Below are positions 40,250 to 49,124 of a stretch of 64,000 nucleotides of DNA, in pieces (within the stretch, counting starts at the first letter, position 1; each line of letters starts with the position of its first letter). Under the pieces are notes generated by a model, which did not search any database, had not been told where the DNA came from, and was given only the letters and a program-made list of their open reading frames with translations. The translations under genes and the position numbers were made by a program. Origin of the DNA: Nitrospiraceae bacterium (GTDB lineage Bacteria; Nitrospirota; Nitrospiria; Nitrospirales; Nitrospiraceae); NCBI GenBank assembly GCA_050246315.1, contig JBFWWG010000013.1, forward strand, positions 1 to 64,000, written 5' to 3'.

Positions 40250-40314
40250 GGCAGGGCCGAGGGTACAGCCTGAACACCGGCAGGGTCTGGGTCGAGAGGC
40301 GTGGCGCATCCACC

Positions 40315-41364
40315 ATGATCATGAGCGGCAACAGCCAGGGAAGCGGGGACGGTCAGCCTGAGTGGGCCGACTGGGGCGATGAACAATTGCTGGATCTGCG
40401 CCTGTGCGATCTGCACCTAGCCCTCAAGACGAGCCAGGTCCGCGAGCAGATCGATCGTCTCCGCAGAGAATTGGCCGCTCACCGGCTTGTCTTCCAGCCC
40501 CATTGCTGGCTGTCCAGCGAGTGGTTCAGCCCGGACGGCGTGCCGGGTATCGCCATCCCCTTTTACCTGGCGCACCCGCGGCTCGCCAAGCTGGAGTTGA
40601 ACCAGATGCTGGAAGTCGAAGGCGGCACGCCGGAATCCTGCATGCGCATTCTCCGGCACGAGGCCGGACATGCCATTGAAAACGCGTACCGGCTGCGGCG
40701 GCGAAACGATCGCCGGCAGTTGTTCGGCAAGTCCTCGACCTCCTATCCGAAATTCTACACACCCAAACCCTACAGCAAGAGTTTCGTGTTGCACCTGGAC
40801 ATGTGGTATGCCCAAAGCCATCCGGACGAGGATTTCGCGGAGACGTTTGCGGTCTGGCTCAATCCGGACTCCCAATGGCGCGAGCGCTATGCCGATTGGC
40901 CGGCTCTGAAGAAGCTGGAGTACATGGATGGGATGATGGCGGAGCTGGCCGGACAACCGCCGCTGGTGAGGTCGCGGCTCCAGGTCGATCCGCTCCCACG
41001 GCTGCGCAAGACGCTGCGCGACCATTATCGGGATAAGCGCCTCCGGTACGGTCTGGAGCATCCCACGTTCTACGACCGAGACCTGCGCCGGCTGTTCGCC
41101 GACGCCCCGGAGGCTGCGGGGAACAAGAGTGCAGCGACGTTCTTGGCGCAGGTGCGCAAGGAGGTCTGCAGGAAGGTGGCAAGCTGGACCGGCGAATATC
41201 GCTACACGATCGACCGGGTCTTGGCCGATATGATCCGCCGGTGCCAGGAACTCAATCTGAGGTTGGCCTTACCGGAAGAGCAGGCGAAGTTGGATTTTGC
41301 GGTGCTGTTGACGGTCCAGACCATGAACTATCTGCACAGCGGCCGCCATCGGGTGGCGCTATGA
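40315..41364 (+). CDS. Putative zinc-binding metallopeptidase (Peptidase_Mx-like)
   Basis: LRHEAGH, YAQSHPDEDFAETFAVW. Confidence 0.82.
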   Translation: MIMSGNSQGSGDGQPEWADWGDEQLLDLRLCDLHLALKTSQVREQIDRLRRELAAHRLVFQPHCWLSSEWFSPDGVPGIAIPFYLAHPRLAKLELNQMLEVEGGTPESCMRILRHEAGHAIENAYRLRRRNDRRQLFGKSSTSYPKFYTPKPYSKSFVLHLDMWYAQSHPDEDFAETFAVWLNPDSQWRERYADWPALKKLEYMDGMMAELAGQPPLVRSRLQVDPLPRLRKTLRDHYRDKRLRYGLEHPTFYDRDLRRLFADAPEAAGNKSAATFLAQVRKEVCRKVASWTGEYRYTIDRVLADMIRRCQELNLRLALPEEQAKLDFAVLLTVQTMNYLHSGRHRVAL

Positions 41365-42410
41365 AGAAACTCCGCGTGCTGGTCCTGCTGCATGCGGATC
41401 TGGTTCCGCCGGAATCGGTTGAGGGGGTTGATCTGTCCGACGCGGAATGGAAGACGGAATACGATGTCGTCACCACATTACGGACGTTGGGGCACGAGGT
41501 GCGGCCGCTCGGCGTCAGCGATGAGCTGGCCGTGATCCGGCGGGCTGTGGATGAGTGGAAGCCGCACATCGCCTTCAATCTGCTGGAGGAATTCAACGGA
41601 GTGGCTCTTTACGACCAGAACGTGGTCTCCTATTTGGAACTGCTGCGGGTCCCCTACACGGGATGCAACCCGCGCGGCTTGATGATTGCGCGCGACAAGG
41701 CCCTGGCCAAAAAGATTCTCCACTACCATGCGGTTCCCATCCCGGAATTCTTCACGGCGCCTCCGGGCCGCACGGTCAAACGGCCCAAGGAGTTGGATTT
41801 TCCACTCATTGTGAAGTCGGTGTCCGAGGAGGCGTCCCTGGGCATTGCACAGGCCTCCATCGTCGAAGACGACGAGAAGTTGCACGAACGCGTGGCGTTC
41901 ATCCACCAGAGCCTGGGAACCGGAGCCCTCGTGGAACGCTATATCGAAGGCCGCGAACTCTATGTCGGCGTGCTCGGGAATCGGCGCCTCCACAGCCTTC
42001 CGGTGTGGGAACTCCATCTTGACGGGCTCCCTCCCGACGCCAAACGAATCGCGACACAACGGGTGAAGTGGAGCCGGAAATATCAAAAGAAATATGGGGT
42101 GGCATCTGGAGAAGCGAAGGACTTGCCGGACGAAACGACGGAGACGGTGCAACGCCTCGCGAAGACCGTCTATCACGTGCTGGGCCTCAGCGGCTACGCC
42201 CGAATCGATTTCCGGCTCGATGCCTCGGGGCAGGTGTCGCTGTTGGAAGCGAACCCCAACCCCCAGATCGCTCAGGGCGAAGATTTGGCCGACTCGGCGG
42301 CACACATGGGGTTGGCCTATCCGGCGCTGATCAAACGTATTCTCGACCTGGGCCTGCGCTGGAAGCCCGCGGTCAGCCTTTCGGACCGGAACGTCAGCGG
42401 GTCGTCCTAA
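41361..42410 (+). CDS. D-Ala-D-Ala ligase-like ATP-grasp protein
   Basis: ATGA-coupled; AFNLLE, PYTG, DK, FPLIVK...E.ASLGI, VERYIEGRE, GYARIDFR, EANPNP. Confidence 0.88.
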   Translation: MKKLRVLVLLHADLVPPESVEGVDLSDAEWKTEYDVVTTLRTLGHEVRPLGVSDELAVIRRAVDEWKPHIAFNLLEEFNGVALYDQNVVSYLELLRVPYTGCNPRGLMIARDKALAKKILHYHAVPIPEFFTAPPGRTVKRPKELDFPLIVKSVSEEASLGIAQASIVEDDEKLHERVAFIHQSLGTGALVERYIEGRELYVGVLGNRRLHSLPVWELHLDGLPPDAKRIATQRVKWSRKYQKKYGVASGEAKDLPDETTETVQRLAKTVYHVLGLSGYARIDFRLDASGQVSLLEANPNPQIAQGEDLADSAAHMGLAYPALIKRILDLGLRWKPAVSLSDRNVSGSS

Positions 42411-42493
42411 CAGGATGTTGAGAAAGTCCGCTGGCTTTCTTGGGGAACGCATTGCCGCTCCATATTGGTGCAATGAGGCTCACCCTGAAGAGG
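42411..42493 (+). repeat. Dispersed ~80-bp repeat beginning CAGGATGTTGAGAAAG
   Basis: Starts immediately after the TAA; co-linear with 28288-28368. Confidence 0.75.
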
Positions 42494-42745
42494 ATTCTCT
42501 GTCCGCCAACGTTGATATCGGATCAGGTCTTGCCACAACACTTGAATCGCAATTGCCAAGCACGCAGTAAGATCCTCTCCTTCCTTCTGGTCCGTCCGAA
42601 GCGGACCTGGAGGGCAAGAAGAACCAATGATGCAACGATCGGTCGACCAATTAGATGGCCTATGACTCAATACGAGGGCTTGATTTGTGTTGGAACTATT
42701 GGCAAGATAGTTCGCGTGCCGATTCGTCGATTTGAAATGTAGTAG

Positions 42746-44125
42746 ATGATGTTGGCTTTGCGGTTGCGTCCTAGTTTATTTGCCGTACTCTCGATTCTCT
42801 GTCTCGCGGGTCAACCAGCGGTAGCCTGGGCCCAGTACGGGAAAGCCACGGCGAAGAACAGCTCCTCGGATCGTCCTCGAGCTTCCAGTCCCCAAATCAT
42901 TCCTCAAAAGACAAAGCCCGGCGTACACGCCGGTGAAGCCGAGAGCCTTTATTACGCCGGGGTTGCGCTCCATGCGAAGGGCAACTACGCGGAGGCCGTG
43001 GAGAAATTCAAGGCGGCGCTCCAGAAACGGGAGGACTTTCCCGAGGCTCGCCACGCCATGGGACTTTCTCTGGCTGCGCAGGGCGAGTTGGACGACGCCA
43101 TCGAGGAATATCGAGCCGCGCTGAATGCGCAACCCGAATTCGCCGCCATTCACAACAACCTCGGCGTAACCCTCAGTGAGAAGGGGCGGCTTGACGAGGC
43201 CATCGAAGCCTATCGCCATGCTATTCGATTGCAACCCGGGAACGCCGCTCCCCATCACAATCTCGCCATGGCCTTGGAGGCGAAGGGCGATCTGGACGGG
43301 GCGATCGAAGAATATCGTGAGACCCTGCGCCTGCAGCCAGACAACTCCACCGCCCACAACAATCTGGGCCTGGTGTTGCAGCGAAAGGGTTTGGTCGACG
43401 AGGCGATCGGGGAGTACCGCGCGGCGTTACGGCTTCAGACCGGGCCCGCGGCCGCCTTGTACAGCCTGAACCTGAGCGCCGCCCTCCTGGCGAAGGGAGA
43501 ACTCGACGGTGCGATCGGCTCCGGACGTGCGGCCGTCCGTCTGCAGCCCCAGAATGCCAATGCCCATTACAACCTTGGGTTGGCGCTGAAGGCCAAGGGC
43601 GAGTTCGACGGGGCTCTGGCGACGTTTCGCGAGGTATTGAAACTGGATCCCGGACAGGGGGCGGCGCATTACGACGTGGCGCAGTTGCTCGACCGAACCG
43701 GTGACAGCGATGGAGCCATTGCCGAGTATCGCGCCATGTTGGCCTACCGGCCGACCCATGCTCCCTCGCAGGAGGCCTTGGGGCTTCTGTTGCAACAGAA
43801 GGGCGATTACGACGGAGCGATTACCGCCTACCGTGCGGCCTTACAGGCGGCGCCGAAGAGCGTGACCGCTCAGAATAATCTCGGGGTGGCGTTGTTGAGC
43901 AAGGGGCAGGTCAACGAGGCGTTGACGGCCTTTCGCGCGGCGACCTCGCTGCAGCCCAACGATCCCGTCGCCTATTACAACCTGGGTGAGGCTTTCAGCG
44001 CTCAGAATCAGCGCAACGAGGCGATTCAGTTCTTCCGCAGGTACGTAACGCTGGCCGAAGCCCAGCCGGATCATCGTGAAAGGATCGAAGCGGTGCGGAA
44101 GCAACTTTCGTCGTTGGAACGATAG
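42746..44125 (+). CDS. Secreted multi-TPR protein
   Basis: Signal peptide (AWA-Q) then ~11 34-aa repeats AH.NLG..L..KG..D.AI..YR.AL. Confidence 0.93.
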   Translation: MMLALRLRPSLFAVLSILCLAGQPAVAWAQYGKATAKNSSSDRPRASSPQIIPQKTKPGVHAGEAESLYYAGVALHAKGNYAEAVEKFKAALQKREDFPEARHAMGLSLAAQGELDDAIEEYRAALNAQPEFAAIHNNLGVTLSEKGRLDEAIEAYRHAIRLQPGNAAPHHNLAMALEAKGDLDGAIEEYRETLRLQPDNSTAHNNLGLVLQRKGLVDEAIGEYRAALRLQTGPAAALYSLNLSAALLAKGELDGAIGSGRAAVRLQPQNANAHYNLGLALKAKGEFDGALATFREVLKLDPGQGAAHYDVAQLLDRTGDSDGAIAEYRAMLAYRPTHAPSQEALGLLLQQKGDYDGAITAYRAALQAAPKSVTAQNNLGVALLSKGQVNEALTAFRAATSLQPNDPVAYYNLGEAFSAQNQRNEAIQFFRRYVTLAEAQPDHRERIEAVRKQLSSLER

Positions 44126-44132
44126 TCTCCGG

Positions 44133-45386
44133 ATGAGGGAACGTGGGTCGCTGTCGTCTCTTCGGTGCGCAGGGCTCAGTGCGGTGGCGCTCGGTCTCCT
44201 GTGCCTCTTGTCGGCGGGCTGTCTCTCGCCGATCGCGCTGCACCAGGCCGTCCTCGAATATGATCGAGCGGTGGGACGGGTCGAAGCCGAAATGCTCCTC
44301 CTCAACATCGCCCGTTCCCGCCATTTCCTTCCGCAGCACTTTACCGGCGTCTCCAGCGTGGCGGCGACGTTCGAATTCCAGGCAAACGCCGGATTAACGA
44401 GCACGGTCGTCACGCCCGGACCGGACGCCGTTGGTCTCTCGTTCGGCGGCAGCATGGCCGAACGCCCGACGATCACGATCGTGCCGATTCAGGGCGAAGA
44501 ATTCACCAGCCGCATCCTCACGCCCTTCGACGAAGGCCGCGTGATGTTCATGTTTCAGCAGGGCGTCGAACCGGCGATCATTCTGCGCCTGATGGTGAGC
44601 GAGATCCAAGCCAGCGGGTACGGGGAGTCCGCGTCGTACCGCAACATGCCCTATTTCGAGGACGAGTATCGGGAGTTTCGTCGGCGCATCATGCACCTTT
44701 CGTCGTTGAACCTCTCGCGGGATTTGCGAGTCACGTCGTTGATTTTCGAGCAGACCGTGGCGCTACCGCTCTCCGCGCGTTCGGGATCGGGAGATGTGGT
44801 TCGAGGGCTCGACAAGATCATCGACGCCATGGACCGTGGGTATGCCATCGGCGATGTCAGCGAAGAGCCTTCTCTGACCGTGCGGCGTCGGGTCACGGGG
44901 CGGACAGTCATTACGAATTACGACCCCTTGCAATTGCCGAATGAGGAGCGCCGTCTGTTGCACGAAGAGGCACAACGATATCCTCGGAACTATATCCTTG
45001 TTGACATCCGGCCGGATGGTCCGGGCGGAGACTATCCCCTGCACGGGGTCCTGGTCATCCGGAGCTTCACCAATATCATGCGCTTCCTCGCGAACGGCAT
45101 CGCCATCGATCGCGAATACCAAGTCGAGCCCGACGAACGCACGGGCGAAGTCGCGTTCAATGCCGAGCAGACGCTTGAAATCGTCGAGAGCGATTCCCGA
45201 CCGGACCATGCCGCCTTTGCCGTGAAGTTCGAAGGCCGCTGGTACTCGATCGTCAAGGCGTCCAGAGACGACGGTAGGATTGAGCCCTGGAATCTCGGCA
45301 CGTTCCGCATATTGGCGCAGCTATATCAGATGACCGTCACGGATATTTCAAAGACTGCCACCCCCGCGATCACCATCGCGAAGTAA
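44133..45386 (+). CDS. Hypothetical lipoprotein
   Basis: Lipobox LSAGC; LLNIAR.R, PTITIVP..GEEF. Confidence 0.75.
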   Translation: MRERGSLSSLRCAGLSAVALGLLCLLSAGCLSPIALHQAVLEYDRAVGRVEAEMLLLNIARSRHFLPQHFTGVSSVAATFEFQANAGLTSTVVTPGPDAVGLSFGGSMAERPTITIVPIQGEEFTSRILTPFDEGRVMFMFQQGVEPAIILRLMVSEIQASGYGESASYRNMPYFEDEYREFRRRIMHLSSLNLSRDLRVTSLIFEQTVALPLSARSGSGDVVRGLDKIIDAMDRGYAIGDVSEEPSLTVRRRVTGRTVITNYDPLQLPNEERRLLHEEAQRYPRNYILVDIRPDGPGGDYPLHGVLVIRSFTNIMRFLANGIAIDREYQVEPDERTGEVAFNAEQTLEIVESDSRPDHAAFAVKFEGRWYSIVKASRDDGRIEPWNLGTFRILAQLYQMTVTDISKTATPAITIAK

Positions 45387-45571
45387 GCCGTTCCGTTGCG
45401 TGCATCGTCGGGGCTCCGCCGCTACGATGGCCGAGACCGTTCATGCTCAAGCCGAGCGCATCCGACGAGTAGACCCCAAAATGTTACGGCTATCTTTCCG
45501 GTGCTCCAGCTTCAGCCGTTCGAGAACGAGTCCTACGCCAGCCACCGAGTGGGCCAGATCCAGCAGGGGCC

Positions 45572-46446
45572 TCACCGCTCGGGCGTGACCGCCACGAACT
45601 GTTTGCGATAGCCGACGACCTTGGTGAGATGCTGGCGGGTCTCGTCGTAGGGCAGCGAGGCGCGCAAACGCTCGTAGAGGGCCGGCGGTTCCATCGCGTG
45701 GATTTCATTGATCGCCGTCGCTTGTTTCTTGGAGAGTGTCTTGAGCACGTTCCCCGGGCCGGTGTTATGCGCCGAGATCACGCAATAGTCCCGCGAGACG
45801 AGGTTGGAGACCCCCGCCAACTCGTTCCAATTCAGCACATTCAGGTACGCACGTACGCCGTGCTCAGTTCGATGATACGCTCGGGATCGAACAGGTAATC
45901 CGGAGTGGGCGTCCGATCGCTCCCCTTGGCGCGCTTGTAGGCCTCGCGGCCGTCGCTGCTCGGCACCAGTTGCATCAGGCCGTAAGCGGGCGCGGACCTG
46001 ACCGCAAAGGGGTTGAAATTGCTCTCGGTGCGAATGATGGCGTAGATCAGGCCGGGACTGATCTTGTACTGTTCCGCGTAGCGCTTCACGAAGGTGCGGT
46101 ACCGCTCGGCTTTTCTCGACTCGATATTCGACACCATCGACACCTTCACGCAATGGGCCTGTTTACTCCCTTCCTCGGTCCGCACCATGCGGGTCTTCAT
46201 CTGTGTCCGAGCCAGTGAGGTTGCGAACCGTTCCGGTTGTTCCCGCGTCTGTCCCGGCTTCGCGTCGACGTCTAGAATCAAGCCATAGAGATTGACCTGT
46301 CGCGCATCGGCCAACGCCACATCTTTATCGGAGAACAGATCCTTGCCGATTTGACTCGCGTCGCGCGACATCGTGGATTCAATGCTTTTCGTTTCGAACG
46401 GCTTTCCTGTGGCCACCCGGTCGATCGCCTTTCCCACATGTCGCAT
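45572..46446 (-). pseudogene. MltC-like lytic transglycosylase, frameshifted
   Basis: AIIRTESNFNPFAVRSAPAYGLMQL in one frame; YLNVL...HNTGPGNV...LPYDETR in another; 8-bp insertion near 45845-45858. Confidence 0.82.
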
Positions 46447-47058
46447 GATTTCGCCACTGCCGCTCACTAACAGCATCACGACCAACCCGGCCCTTGGGCG
46501 CGCGTGGCCTGCATGGCTTCCACGCGCTCATGTGTCCATCCGAGCCGACGCAGTCCATTGCGGGAGTCGGATCGCGGTTCCCGTATCCGGCGCTGATTTC
46601 AGCAGGATAAGCCGGTCGCCGATTTCGGGTGTCGGTCCGAGCCGAAGGTCGGCCGGCGAGACGACCGGCTGCACCATCGAACGAGGCTGCCTCATCAACT
46701 TCATCCCAGCGAACGGCAATGGCGGGGATGGGGCCACGAGGCTGAGGCGATGGATGTCAGGCCGGACCAGTTCTCCAAGAGGACCGGTCTGCAACCGGGC
46801 TCCTTCCTCCGGTATCGGAGATCGCCAAGGACCAGGGAGGGATTGCCGGGAGCCGCTTGGACGCGACCCGTCGGTCGGACCGGCCTCCTTCGGTCGGAGC
46901 GTACCAAGTCAGACAACCTCCCCTGGTTGGCCCCTCGCGAAATCACCATTGTGTCTGGCGCCTACATTCCGGATAATCATTGGGCCGTTGACTTCGTAGG
47001 CTCGCGTCCACGGCGGGCTTTCAGGAGGCGGGCCATCTGCCGATTGCGGTAGGCCTCA

Positions 47059-47192
47059 GCAGGATGCGGAAAAACCCTGCGTTCATCCTTCGAGGGCCTC
47101 AGGACGAACGGACCAGTCATCGAATATACTGGTGTTTTCCGATCATGCTGAGACCTGTCGAAGCACACTGATCGAGTTTTTCCACAGCCTGC
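47059..47192. mobile_element. MITE-like element with TIRs enclosing REP-like hairpins
   Basis: GCAGGATGCGGAAAAA ... TTTTTCCACAGCCTGC; internal CCTTCGAGGGCCTCAGGACGAACGG and TGCTGAGACCTGTCGAAGCA. Confidence 0.78.
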
Positions 47193-47211
47193 CAGAAGAG
47201 GAGGTGTGGAG

Positions 47212-47538
47212 ATGGGGAGAGGCAGCGATGGAGCGGGGAAGCCTCGCTCTGTATCGAAGAAGCGGCCGCGTGCCGCCACCAAGCTCGTGTCATTCGAGCA
47301 TTTCGCGCCAGCGGCCCGCGTCGTGACCCTGGTCGGAGATTTCAATGAGTGGGATGTGTCCAAACATCCGATGAAGCTGGGGGTGGGCGGCCAGTGGCAG
47401 GTTGCCGTTCGTCTCAAGCCGGGAACCTACCAGTACAAATTCGTGGTGGACGGTGATCGGTGGGAGGATGATGCTGCGAATCCGAACAAGGTCGTCAACG
47501 AGCACGGAACGACCAACTCCTTGTGCGAAGTGCCGTAA
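47212..47538 (+). CDS. CBM48/AMPK-like glycogen-binding (isoamylase early set) protein
   Basis: APAARVVTLVGDFNEW....PM......W....LKPGTYQYKFVVDG.W..D. Confidence 0.88.
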   Translation: MGRGSDGAGKPRSVSKKRPRAATKLVSFEHFAPAARVVTLVGDFNEWDVSKHPMKLGVGGQWQVAVRLKPGTYQYKFVVDGDRWEDDAANPNKVVNEHGTTNSLCEVP

Positions 47539-47632
47539 GGGCCGGCTCCTCCGGTTGGGCGGATGCATGGGGGGCGAGCGTCGCTCGCAGAGAGCACATG
47601 GGAGGAATAGGGTTGAGGGGACGACTGCGGGC

Positions 47633-47833
47633 ATGGCGGGTTCCACGACGCGAGTGGCCCGTCGAAAGGAGCGGAGCCGGCGGGTGCTCATGGAAGTGGG
47701 TCCGACGTGGTTCGATGAGAAGAGTATCGACTGGACCAAGATCGAGGACATCACGGAGCAGGCCGACGGGGTCAGGCAACGGGGAGGCAAGCTCGCTGCG
47801 CAAATACAGGAGAGTTTGAAGGTGCGGTGGTAG
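47633..47833 (+). CDS. Small hypothetical protein
   Basis: Fills the gap between the CBM48 gene and glgC in operon orientation; no recognisable motif. Confidence 0.35.
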   Translation: MAGSTTRVARRKERSRRVLMEVGPTWFDEKSIDWTKIEDITEQADGVRQRGGKLAAQIQESLKVRW

Positions 47834-47859
47834 GGCGGATGACGAAAGGAACCGATGAC

Positions 47860-49110
47860 ATGAGCCAAACAGGACGGCAGCCGCGGGTCCTCGCCATGAT
47901 CATGGCGGGAGGCAAGGGCGAGCGCCTCATGCCCTTGACCGAGCAGCGCAGCAAGCCGGCGGTGCCGTTCGGCGGCAAATACCGAATTGTGGACTTCGTG
48001 CTGAGCAACTTCCTGAATTCCGGCGTGATGTCGATGTATGTGCTGGTGCAGTACCGGTCGCAGTCGCTGATCGAGCATTTGCGCCGGGCCTGGCGGATCG
48101 GCGGACGCATCAAGCGACAATTCATCACCGTGGTTCCCCCGCAGATGAAGGCCGGCGGCGGGTGGTACGAAGGGACGGCCGACGCGGTGTTTCACAATCT
48201 GAACCTTATCGAGGACTTCGCCCCGGATCTCGTGGCCGTGTTCGGCGCCGATCACATCTATCGCATGGACATCGCCCGGATGGTGCGGTTTCATCAAGAG
48301 CGGGGCGCCGAGGTTACCGTGGCGGCGAGGCCTGTACCGGTCCAGGCGGCCAAGGGATTCGGGATCATTGAGGCCGACCACAATGGGCGTATCCTCGGAT
48401 TCGATGAAAAACCGAAACATCCCAAGCCGATGCCGGGGGACTCCGAACAGGCGTTCTCATCGATGGGCAACTATATTTTCAACGCGGATGTGTTGCTCAG
48501 GGTGTTACAAGAGGATGCGGCAAGAACGGGTTCGCACGATTTCGGACGGGATATCATCCCCTCCCTGATCGGCCACACCCGACTGGTCGCCTACAATTTC
48601 ATGGACGACGACGTGCCCGGACTCAAACCGTACGAAGAACGGGGGTACTGGCGTGACGTGGGCACGCTCGATGCCTATTGGCAGGCCCACATGGACATCC
48701 TGGGCGAATGCCCCATCTTCGATCTGCGAAACGGCGAATGGCCGATTTTGACCGATACCTTCGACGGTCCGACCGTGAGTGTTGCCAAGGCCAGTATCGA
48801 AGACTCGATGATCGGGCAGGGCGGCCAGATTATCGACGCGGAAATTCGGCGGTCGGTCATCGGGCGGAATGTGCGGATCGAGCCCGGGGCCCGTCTCGAC
48901 GAGTGCGTCGTGCTGGATGGGACGGTGATCGGAGCTAAATCGAGGCTGCGTCGCGTCATCATCGATCGCTTTAACGTGATTCCGGCGGCCTCGGAAATCG
49001 GCGGCGATGCGAAGGAGGATCGGCAGCGCTATCAGGTCACCAAGTCGGGACTTGTCGTTCTCCCGCGGGGGCGTGCGGCGCGTGTCGCTTCGGTGCTCGC
49101 GGGACGGTAG
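47860..49110 (+). CDS. glgC: Glucose-1-phosphate adenylyltransferase
   Basis: AGGKGERLMPLT..RSKPAVPFGGKYR, WYEGTADAV, DHIYRMD, EKP, SMGNY, YWRDVGT. Confidence 0.96.
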   Translation: MSQTGRQPRVLAMIMAGGKGERLMPLTEQRSKPAVPFGGKYRIVDFVLSNFLNSGVMSMYVLVQYRSQSLIEHLRRAWRIGGRIKRQFITVVPPQMKAGGGWYEGTADAVFHNLNLIEDFAPDLVAVFGADHIYRMDIARMVRFHQERGAEVTVAARPVPVQAAKGFGIIEADHNGRILGFDEKPKHPKPMPGDSEQAFSSMGNYIFNADVLLRVLQEDAARTGSHDFGRDIIPSLIGHTRLVAYNFMDDDVPGLKPYEERGYWRDVGTLDAYWQAHMDILGECPIFDLRNGEWPILTDTFDGPTVSVAKASIEDSMIGQGGQIIDAEIRRSVIGRNVRIEPGARLDECVVLDGTVIGAKSRLRRVIIDRFNVIPAASEIGGDAKEDRQRYQVTKSGLVVLPRGRAARVASVLAGR

Positions 49111-49124
49111 CGACAACAAGAGGC

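Noticed and set aside
41361..42410. Housekeeping ddl
   Set aside because: No GGxSxE or LHG..GEDG motifs and no mur/fts context.
46528..47050. ORFs upstream of the mltC-like pseudogene
   Set aside because: Short, overlapping and motif-free; no call can be supported.
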